Assembly: GCA_029260905.1 (NCBI GenBank)
Contig: JAJDCH010000014.1
Coordinates: 24,129 to 88,128, forward strand
Source of the DNA: Candidatus Levyibacteriota bacterium
GTDB lineage: Bacteria; Patescibacteriota; Microgenomatia; Levybacterales; UBA12049
Direction: 5' to 3'
Length of the DNA: 64,000 bases
Translations under genes and position numbers: made by a program
Notes under the pieces: generated by a model
Told to the model about the DNA's origin: nothing
The model's input: the letters and a program-made list of their open reading frames with translations, nothing else
Databases searched by the model: none
Shown here: positions 17,931 to 25,399 of the stretch, in pieces
Numbering within the stretch: position 1 is the stretch's first letter
How the letters are laid out: each line of letters starts with the position of its first letter

Positions 17931-18505
17931 TTTAGAAAATGTCCAAGCTTTTGTTTTTTAACTAGTAGATATTTTTGGTTTTGTTTGTTTGGTTTTACTT
18001 CAAGAGGGATTCTTTTTACAATCTCAACCCCATAAGTTGTTACTTGTTTTATTTTATCCGGATTATTTGTCAAAAGATTTATTTTTGCAATGTTTAGGTC
18101 TTTTAATATCTCAACTGCTATTTTGTAATCCCTGTCATCAATTGGAATGCCCAGCTCGTTTTGCGCATCAACAGTATCAAATCCTTTCTCCTGAAGCGCG
18201 TAGGCTTTTATTTTATTAAAAAGTCCAACACCTCGACCCTCCTGGTTGAGATATATAATGATACCTGATTTGTTTTTTTGAATGAGCTTCATGCTTTTAA
18301 TTAATTGTTCCTGGCAATCGCAACGTAGTGATGAAAATGTATCACCAGTCAGGCATTTTGAATGAATCCTTGTAAGGACGGGTTGTTCTTTTAAATCACC
18401 AACTGTCAGTAAAACATGTTCGAGATTGTCTGTTTGGGATTTGTAAATACTAATTTGAAAGTCTCCGTATTTTGTAGGAAGAAATGCTTGTATTGTGTTG
18501 GTCAT
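17927..18505 (-). CDS. ribA: GTP cyclohydrolase II (monofunctional; no DHBP synthase domain)
   Basis: The motifs RIHSKCLTGDTFSSLRCDCQEQ and YLNQEGRGVGL are present, and the protein is 192 aa. It overlaps ribD by 4 bp (ATGA). Confidence 0.9.
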   Translation of the reverse strand: MTNTIQAFLPTKYGDFQISIYKSQTDNLEHVLLTVGDLKEQPVLTRIHSKCLTGDTFSSLRCDCQEQLIKSMKLIQKNKSGIIIYLNQEGRGVGLFNKIKAYALQEKGFDTVDAQNELGIPIDDRDYKIAVEILKDLNIAKINLLTNNPDKIKQVTTYGVEIVKRIPLEVKPNKQNQKYLLVKKQKLGHFLK

Positions 18506-18507
18506 TA

Positions 18508-18975
18508 TTATAATTTTTTTGCTGTCTTAATAGTTTCAACAGCCGATCTTGCAACCTCTGCACCCTTCATAGTCAAGTGTTTTTTAAAGAATTTAATATC
18601 TGATGAATTGTTTTCATCAAATCTTTGTGGAGTAAGGACAGCAGAAAGAATGGGAGTATTTGTTTGAAGTGAAACCTCCATCATTCCATTTAGTACTGTT
18701 TGGGCTACAAATTCATGACGGTATATTCCACCATCAACAACAAGTCCAAAAGCAATCACTGCATCAAAATTATTCTTTTGAAGTATTAACTTAGATGTGA
18801 GTGGTATTTCAAGACTGCCTGGAACTTGAAATTGTTTAACATTTTTTTTAGTATCAATCCCAAGCATTGATAACTCAAGAGTACATGATTTTGTCATGGC
18901 GCTGACAAGATCCTGATGCCATTTAGCAGAAATAAATGCAATTTTATAATCTAATTTTTTATTATTATTTTTCAT
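18508..18975 (-). CDS. ribH: 6,7-dimethyl-8-ribityllumazine synthase
   Basis: The 155-aa size, the VPGSLEIP motif and the operon position support this call. Confidence 0.8.
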   Translation of the reverse strand: MKNNNKKLDYKIAFISAKWHQDLVSAMTKSCTLELSMLGIDTKKNVKQFQVPGSLEIPLTSKLILQKNNFDAVIAFGLVVDGGIYRHEFVAQTVLNGMMEVSLQTNTPILSAVLTPQRFDENNSSDIKFFKKHLTMKGAEVARSAVETIKTAKKL

Positions 18976-18980
18976 CTCTA

Positions 18981-19568
18981 TTAGTTATTTTTATTTAAAT
19001 TTTTTTCTATGTATTTACCAATTAGATCTGTTTCGATATTTATCATATCGCCAATTTTTATATTTCTTAACATCGTGTTTGCATAGGTGAATGGAATAAT
19101 TCCGACATTAAATGATTTTCTGTTAACACTGATAACAGTAAGAGAAATTCCATTTATAGTAATTGAACCCTTTTTAATAATTTGTTTGCTAAGCTCAATT
19201 GGATAAGAGATTGTTAGTATTTTGCTGTTTCCATTTTGTTCAATTTTTTTGATTATTCCTATGCCGTCAACATGCCCTTGAACAAGATGTCCGGATATGA
19301 AATCATTAAGCGTAAGAGGTAGTTCAAGATTTACAACATCATTTATTTTTAATGTTTTAAACATTGTTTTGGAAACAGTTTCTGGCATGATATCAATAGA
19401 GAAGCTTTGTTTTGTTGGTAAGTCTACAACTGTTAGGCAAGTACCATTTGCTGAAACACTCATGCCCTTTTCTAGTTTTTGATAGAAATCTTTTTTTGCT
19501 TTAAACACAAAAGTTGATTTCTTATTTTTAATTAACTTTCCCAAATGATTTATAATTCCTGTAAACAT
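18981..19568 (-). CDS. ribE: Riboflavin synthase alpha subunit
   Basis: It has the MFTGII N-terminus and the GHVDG motif (ISGHLVQGHVDGIG) of the internal lumazine-binding repeats. Confidence 0.9.
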   Translation of the reverse strand: MFTGIINHLGKLIKNKKSTFVFKAKKDFYQKLEKGMSVSANGTCLTVVDLPTKQSFSIDIMPETVSKTMFKTLKINDVVNLELPLTLNDFISGHLVQGHVDGIGIIKKIEQNGNSKILTISYPIELSKQIIKKGSITINGISLTVISVNRKSFNVGIIPFTYANTMLRNIKIGDMINIETDLIGKYIEKNLNKNN

Positions 19569-19573
19569 AGCAC

Positions 19574-19594
19574 AAAAAAACCCGCGTCAACGGG
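19574..19594 (-). terminator. Intrinsic terminator of the FMN riboswitch expression platform
   Basis: On the minus strand the sequence reads CCCGT-TGAC-GCGGG followed by TTTTTTT. It ends 5 nt before the ribE ATG. Confidence 0.5.
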
Positions 19595-19618
19595 GTGAAA
19601 CTCTGCCTAAGCAATTTG

Positions 19619-19744
19619 TCTTTCTTTTATCCCGACTGTACGGTCGCTATTGGATTTTCACCAATTCATGTCGCCTTAGACGACTCGTAGAGTTATCCCA
19701 TTGGGAATCACTACCGATTTGGACTTCCACCAAACCCCGAAAGA
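19619..19744 (-). promoter_or_regulatory. FMN riboswitch (RFN element) aptamer upstream of ribE-ribH-ribA-ribD
   Basis: The minus-strand read is TCTTTCGGGGTTTGGTGGAAGTCCAAATCGGTAGT...TTGGTGAAAATCCAATAGCGACCGTACAGTCGGGATAAAAGAAAGA. P1 is closed by TCTTTC/GAAAGA. The conserved GGUG-AAAUCC and GCGACCGUACAGUCGGGAU blocks match the RFN consensus. Confidence 0.85.
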
Positions 19745-19817
19745 ACAATATAATAATACTTAATCTGAAGCTATTTGTCAAATAAAAATCTATTTTGAAT
19801 TTAGTATAATTAAGAAA

Positions 19818-20483
19818 ATGTTTCCGCTTTCAGACTCAATCAAATCCAAAAGATTTCCTTTTCTTAATCTTGCTATTGTTGTTGTGACTGTATATGTATT
19901 TTTCAGACAGGTTATGACGCCAGACTTTGAAGCATTTATTTTCCAGTATGCGTTGGTTCCAAGACTTGTTGATTTCTCAAATTTTGAAACGTTTTTGCCG
20001 TTTATTACTTCAATTTTTCTTCATGGAGGATTTTTGCATTTGCTTTCCAATATGTGGTTTTTGATTGTTTTTGGAGACAATGTGGAGACGCATCTTAATC
20101 CAATAATTTTTTTATTTCTATATTTTGTTGCAGGAGTTGCAGGGGGTGTCAGTCAGTATTTATTGATGCCTGATGCAAACATACCAATGCTTGGTGCATC
20201 AGGCGCAGTTGCAGGAGTTCTTGGTTGCTACTATGTTCTTTTTCCTCATTCTAGGATAAAAACACTTGTCTTTATTTTGTTTTTTGTAACAATTGTAAAT
20301 ATTTCTGCCCCCTTTATGCTTGGTTATTGGTTCGTACTTCAGGTTTTGTCTGCGCTGAGTGCCGGATCCGAGCTTGCAGCACAGGGTGGAGTTGCATTCA
20401 TGGCGCATGTTGTTGGGTTTATAATCGGCGTTTTATTTGGAAATATATTTAGAGGAAAAAGAGATCAAGCTTTTGAAAAATAA
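19818..20483 (+). CDS. Rhomboid family intramembrane serine protease
   Basis: The catalytic Ser lies in GASGAVAGVLG and the catalytic His in AHVVGFIIG. The HxxxN region is FLHGGFLHLLSNMWFL. It has six TM helices. Confidence 0.85.
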   Translation: MFPLSDSIKSKRFPFLNLAIVVVTVYVFFRQVMTPDFEAFIFQYALVPRLVDFSNFETFLPFITSIFLHGGFLHLLSNMWFLIVFGDNVETHLNPIIFLFLYFVAGVAGGVSQYLLMPDANIPMLGASGAVAGVLGCYYVLFPHSRIKTLVFILFFVTIVNISAPFMLGYWFVLQVLSALSAGSELAAQGGVAFMAHVVGFIIGVLFGNIFRGKRDQAFEK

Positions 20484-20542
20484 TATATTCGGGCTTTGGG
20501 CTTTGAATTAATCTTTAAAAATGCTAAACTAAATAAGTTGTA

Positions 20543-21802
20543 ATGAAATTTTTAAAGCTTCTTAAGAAACCCCTTGTATGGTTTAGGAAAACAAGAAAGA
20601 GAAATAAATTACTATCCATAATTGCTGTTGTGGTTGTAATTATTTTGCTAAATTCTATTGTTGCTGCAAATAAGAAGCCAGATTATGAAACAGATACTGT
20701 AAAAAGAGGAAGCATAACTCAAATAGTAAGCGAAACAGGAAATATAAAATCTGCAGGAAGAGTAGATGTACCAAGCACAACAACAGGGATAGTTGAAGAA
20801 ATCTATGTGGATAATGGCAATAGCGTCACAACTAGTCAAAACCTTTTTAAGGTTCGCGCTATTGCAACTGAGCAGGAAAAGGCTAGCGCTTATGCAGGAT
20901 ATCTCTCAGCGAAATCAACTCTAGATGCTGCTAATGCTACACTGTTTACTTTGCAGTCGCAGATGTTTGCTGCATGGGATAAGTACAAAGAGCTTGCAGA
21001 AAGCGATGAGTATGAAAATGATGATGGTACAGCAAAAACGCAACAGAGAACGCTTCCAGAATTTCATATCCCTGAAAAAGACTGGTTCGCAGCAGAAGCA
21101 AAGTTTAAAAACCAGCAAGCAGTTATCAAGCAAGCAGAAGCATCTGTAAATGCTGCATATTTATCTTATCAGGCAACTCAAAACTCAACTACCACTTCCC
21201 CTACCTCAGGTACAGTTGCAAACCTGTCTGTTTCAGTTGGCGACAATGTTCAAGCCGGAGGTAATGCTCAGGCAGCGCTTCTGACAGGGGTGAGCGCTAA
21301 GCCTGTTTTGACAGTTGCTGGTTTGTCTGAGAATTTTTCAGTTGAGGTAGTGTTGAATGAAACAGATATTCCTAAAATCAAAAAAGGTCAAAGAGCAAAG
21401 GTAGAGGTTGATGCACTTTCCGATAAAGAATTTGATGGGATTGTAGATCATGTTGACTCAATTGGATCAAGCAATAATGGCGTGATCACCTACAATGTAT
21501 TGATATCTCTCTTGGGTACGGATAGTGAAATTCGCTCAGGTATGACAACAGGAGTTGAGATAGAGGTAGAAAAGAAAGAGAATGTGTTGACAGTTGCAAG
21601 CTCTGCAATCAAGCCATATCAGGGTGGAAGAGCAGTTCGCGTCTACAATGAAAAAATCAAAAAAATTGAATTTAAATCTGTAAAGCTTGGAATTAAAGGA
21701 GATGGTAGAACTGAAATATTAGAAGGCTTGGATGAGGGAGAGGAATTGATAATTTCACTTCCAAATGAAGAAATATCACGACCAGGACTTTTTGGCAACT
21801 AA
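20543..21802 (+). CDS. Efflux periplasmic adaptor (membrane fusion protein, HlyD/MacA family)
   Basis: It has an N-terminal TM anchor, a long coiled-coil Q/A-rich hairpin and a C-terminal beta-barrel region. It lies upstream of MacB-like ABC genes. Confidence 0.75.
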   Translation: MKFLKLLKKPLVWFRKTRKRNKLLSIIAVVVVIILLNSIVAANKKPDYETDTVKRGSITQIVSETGNIKSAGRVDVPSTTTGIVEEIYVDNGNSVTTSQNLFKVRAIATEQEKASAYAGYLSAKSTLDAANATLFTLQSQMFAAWDKYKELAESDEYENDDGTAKTQQRTLPEFHIPEKDWFAAEAKFKNQQAVIKQAEASVNAAYLSYQATQNSTTTSPTSGTVANLSVSVGDNVQAGGNAQAALLTGVSAKPVLTVAGLSENFSVEVVLNETDIPKIKKGQRAKVEVDALSDKEFDGIVDHVDSIGSSNNGVITYNVLISLLGTDSEIRSGMTTGVEIEVEKKENVLTVASSAIKPYQGGRAVRVYNEKIKKIEFKSVKLGIKGDGRTEILEGLDEGEELIISLPNEEISRPGLFGN

Positions 21803-22497
21803 TGGCAGTAAAAACTCCACTCATAAAACTTGATAATGTAACAAAACGCTATCCCCTAGCAGATGGTGAATTTTATCAAGCGCTAAATGGCGTCTCTATG
21901 AATATAAAAGAGGGGGAATTTGTGGCAATCATGGGGCCATCTGGCAGTGGGAAGTCAACATTTATGCATATCATGGGTCTTTTGGATGTACCAAGTACTG
22001 GCAGATACTTATTGAAAGGAAAAGACATAGAATTATATTCCTCAGATGAATTAGCGGATATACGCAATAAAGATATTGGTTTTGTTTTTCAGTCATTTAA
22101 TCTTCTCTCTCGTACTACTGTTCTTAAAAATGTAGAACGTCCCATGATGTATGCTGGGATTTCTCAAGATGAGCGAACAAAGCGCGCGATGGATGCTCTC
22201 AGATTAGTTCAGATTGATAATAAAGCTGAGAATCTTTCAAATCACATTTCAGGAGGTCAAATTCAACGAGTTGCCATAGCTCGTGCCATGGTAATGAATC
22301 CTAGTATTTTACTTGCTGATGAGCCGACTGGAAATCTAGATACAAAAACATCAAAGGAAATAATGGAGCATATAAAAGAGCTAAATAAAAAAGGGACAAC
22401 TATAATTTTAATTACACATGAGGAAAACATAGCTGACTATGCAAAAAGAATTGTACGGATAGTGGATGGAAAAATAGTTGCAGATAGACAAAAATAA
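21802..22497 (+). CDS. ABC transporter ATP-binding protein (MacB/LolD-like)
   Basis: It has Walker A (GPSGSGKST), the signature ISGGQIQRVAIARAM and Walker B (LLADEPTGNLD). Confidence 0.9.
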   Translation: MAVKTPLIKLDNVTKRYPLADGEFYQALNGVSMNIKEGEFVAIMGPSGSGKSTFMHIMGLLDVPSTGRYLLKGKDIELYSSDELADIRNKDIGFVFQSFNLLSRTTVLKNVERPMMYAGISQDERTKRAMDALRLVQIDNKAENLSNHISGGQIQRVAIARAMVMNPSILLADEPTGNLDTKTSKEIMEHIKELNKKGTTIILITHEENIADYAKRIVRIVDGKIVADRQK

Positions 22498-22499
22498 TT

Positions 22500-23711
22500 A
22501 TGGATTATAAAGAAATAGTTAAGACTTCGCTTCAGGTTCTCAGACGAAACGTCATGAGGACATCTCTAACTATGCTCGGAATCATAATTGGTATTACATC
22601 AGTAATACTTATTGTCTCAATTGGGCAGGGTGCTGTAAAGTTCATAACTGATGAACTTTCAACTTTTGGTACTGATTATTTTCAGATAAGTCCCGGGGCT
22701 GATCAGTTTAGCACACTTACGGGTTCGGATACCTTAACGCTTGATGATGTTGATGCAATAAAAACTGATCCATCGCTTACAAATGTTAATAAGGTTATCC
22801 CTGTTTCTCTTCAGTCAGCAAGGGTCACCGCCAATGATGAAGATGAAACAATTAATATATCAGGAACTACCACCGATGCTCCAGCTATCTTAAGGCCTGA
22901 AATACTCTATGGTGAATTTTTAAGTAATGAAAATAATACTGCCTCTGAGCATGTGGCTGTGATGGGTTCTGATGCAGCAGAAACTTTTTTTGGTGAAGAT
23001 ACAAATCCCACAGGTGAGCGGATAAGAATTAATGGTACGCCATACCTCGTGATAGGAGTAGCGCATTTTGAATCAGCCCTAGCAGGCTCTGTTCTTAGTA
23101 ATTCTATTTTTGTTCCTATTAATGTGATGTTTCGTGAGATACAGGGGCAAGAAAGAATACAAGAAATAAATGTAAGTGTCAAAAATACAGATGCTCTAAA
23201 TCAAACCATTGATGACGTGGAAGTGCTTTTGAGAGACAGGCATGATCTAGACGAAGATGAGGAAAATGATTTTCGTATATCTAGCGCGCAGGATATACTG
23301 AGCACGGTTGAGACAATTACAAGTCTTTTGACTCTTATGATTGCAGCAATATCTGGTATCTCACTAGTTGTCGGAGGAGTCGGTGTCATGAATATCATGC
23401 TCGTGTCAGTTACGGAGCGAACGAAAGAAATAGGGCTGTTGAAGGCAATTGGCGCCAAAGAAAAAGATATCCTGACTCAATTCCTGGTGGAATCAGTAGT
23501 AATGACAATGCTTGGTGGAATTATAGGAATAGTTTTTGGGGTAGCTGGTGCATTCGTAGTCTCAATTTTTGTAGGAATTCCATTTGTGGTCAGTCCTATT
23601 GCAGTCCTTCTAGCAGTTGGTGTTTCATCACTTGTGGGAATAGCATTTGGCCTCTATCCTGCGCGTAAGGCTGCCCGTCTCTCCCCCATCGATGCGCTGA
23701 GGTATGAGTAA
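22500..23711 (+). CDS. ABC transporter permease, FtsX/MacB family
   Basis: It has the MacB_PCD-like periplasmic domain followed by a C-terminal FtsX 3-TM bundle. It lies 3 nt after the ATPase gene. Confidence 0.85.
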   Translation: MDYKEIVKTSLQVLRRNVMRTSLTMLGIIIGITSVILIVSIGQGAVKFITDELSTFGTDYFQISPGADQFSTLTGSDTLTLDDVDAIKTDPSLTNVNKVIPVSLQSARVTANDEDETINISGTTTDAPAILRPEILYGEFLSNENNTASEHVAVMGSDAAETFFGEDTNPTGERIRINGTPYLVIGVAHFESALAGSVLSNSIFVPINVMFREIQGQERIQEINVSVKNTDALNQTIDDVEVLLRDRHDLDEDEENDFRISSAQDILSTVETITSLLTLMIAAISGISLVVGGVGVMNIMLVSVTERTKEIGLLKAIGAKEKDILTQFLVESVVMTMLGGIIGIVFGVAGAFVVSIFVGIPFVVSPIAVLLAVGVSSLVGIAFGLYPARKAARLSPIDALRYE

Positions 23712-23777
23712 TGCGAGATCCTGAGTACGTTGAAGGATTAACGCGCTGAGATAAGAGTAGTGTTTGTTTCAATAATT

Positions 23778-24326
23778 TTAATTTGATTTAAGAAGTACCC
23801 AGTTTTTTGATACTTCGGGTACTGAGCAAAGATTGCGGTTAAAACAGCACGGGCGTCTCACGCCGTGGTTTAGCTTATCAAGCATGACTTCTATATGCTT
23901 TTGGCGCGTCTCAGGTGTCTTGACTGCTCTTACCCAGCGGATCCAGTCCCATCTAGCAAGAGGTGTGATATCTTTCCATAAAGCTTGTGCTTTTTGAGAA
24001 GTTGACAGAGCTTTCTTTACATCCGAGGGGACAACCGGTTCTATCCACTCTTTGGTTGGTTCAAGTGTGACTTGAACCATATCCCCTACCCTGGCTTTTA
24101 CCTGATCAAGAAGTTTTTTATCAGGAGCAAACCAGTGACTAGGTTTTGATCCCTGTCCATACCTCCCATCAGGTTCAAGGAGTGTTTTAAAAGGAACATT
24201 ATTTATCTTTCCCTTCACCATCGTCATCCCACGCGATGGAAGCTGAGCAGAAGAGTCTTCAGGCAGGTGAAGAATCGTCCAGTTGTTGATTTTAAATAGC
24301 TTGGTTTCAAAGTGAATAGCGGACAT
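23778..24326 (-). CDS. DUF1905 + YdeI/OmpD-associated (bacteriocin-protection) family protein
   Basis: The N-terminus FETKLFKINNWTILHLPEDSS...EPDGRYG...HWF matches DUF1905. The C-terminus WKDITPLARWDWIRWVRAVKTPETRQ matches YdeI/OmdA. Local GC is visibly higher than in the flanking genes. Confidence 0.7.
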   Translation of the reverse strand: MSAIHFETKLFKINNWTILHLPEDSSAQLPSRGMTMVKGKINNVPFKTLLEPDGRYGQGSKPSHWFAPDKKLLDQVKARVGDMVQVTLEPTKEWIEPVVPSDVKKALSTSQKAQALWKDITPLARWDWIRWVRAVKTPETRQKHIEVMLDKLNHGVRRPCCFNRNLCSVPEVSKNWVLLKSN

Positions 24327-24496
24327 GAAGATATTATAGCAAAGTTAGAAAATGGGTTATTGGGTGAGTGATAGTTCGACAGGTTCACATCTTTTTCAAG
24401 GTTCTTTAGCGACGTCTGACATCGCAATACTAAAAATATATAAAACATGTCGCGTCATACGCGATCACGTCTGCACGGGCGAAGCCACGTTTGACG

Positions 24497-24571
24497 TGGG
24501 TGAGTGACGGGGATCGAACCCGCGGCATCCAGCTCCACAAGCTAGCGCTCTACCACTGAGCTACACCCACC
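24497..24571 (-). tRNA. tRNA-His (anticodon GTG) with encoded G-1 and CCA
   Basis: The acceptor is gtgggtg/cactcac. An extra 5' G pairs with discriminator C73, which is a His identity element. The anticodon loop is ttGTGga and the T-loop is ttcgatc. A 3' CCA is encoded. Confidence 0.9.
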
Positions 24572-24804
24572 ATGATTAAATTCTAGTTTCTAAAAAAATT
24601 TCTTCTGTACCTGTCTTAAAATATTGTTCTCTTTTATATGCATTTGCATAAATGTATCTACCCACTGACTTCTCCCGCAAGCGGGCGGGGCTACACCTAT
24701 CAAAGCAAATGTAATTATATCAATTTCGCGTAGAAGATAAAAGCAGTATATATTACTAATAGCTTTTACTTATTATTTCAAGTTTTAGTATAGTCATTTG
24801 CTAA

Positions 24805-24833
24805 TTGACATTAATTTTGGTTGATTTTATAAT
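24805..24833 (+). promoter_or_regulatory. Consensus sigma70 promoter TTGACA-17-TATAAT, 10 nt upstream of an ATG (leaderless or near-leaderless)
   Basis: TTGACA lies at 24805-24810 and TATAAT at 24828-24833. The ATG is at 24844 with no Shine-Dalgarno sequence. Confidence 0.55.
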
Positions 24834-24843
24834 TAATTTAAAA

Positions 24844-25329
24844 ATGATAACTGAAAAAGGTACTTCGCTTGTTAAAATAGGATTTTGGGAAAAACAGGTT
24901 CTTTTTGACGCGAGAGTATTTTCAATGCCTCTTAGAGCTAGATGGCAAATTAATGAAAGGTTGGGCTTGGAAAGTCCAACAGATAGAAAATTAGCTGCAT
25001 ATTGTTTCAGAGAATATCAACTTAGACAGAATAGCTTATCGATGGGTAGAAATTTATCTACGATAAGAATGTCTAGCTTTAAAAATTTAGTTGATGAAAA
25101 AGAAAGAATAGAAAATCAGATTATCGAATTGGCTCATATCACGGATTTATTTGTTCAGAATAATTATTCTTCCCAATCCAACAGGCCAAATCTGATAAGG
25201 CAGGCAATCAGTAATTTAGTTACTTCTGGTACTCAACGGGATGAGCAGGAAAGAGTTGCTTTTAGGCTTGAGAGATCGATGCTCTCCACATGGGGTACTG
25301 AATGGAAAACTAGACTAGCTGAAGCTTAA
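24844..25329 (+). CDS. Hypothetical protein (161 aa) upstream of dinB
   Basis: The start is reassigned to 24844 so that the consensus promoter is not inside the CDS. No domain was recognised. Confidence 0.45.
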   Translation: MITEKGTSLVKIGFWEKQVLFDARVFSMPLRARWQINERLGLESPTDRKLAAYCFREYQLRQNSLSMGRNLSTIRMSSFKNLVDEKERIENQIIELAHITDLFVQNNYSSQSNRPNLIRQAISNLVTSGTQRDEQERVAFRLERSMLSTWGTEWKTRLAEA

Positions 25330-25399
25330 TTTTTGACCTCTTTTTATCTTCTTTGTCATCTTGTTTTTCGTAAATTTTTTACATAAACTAATATTGCCT

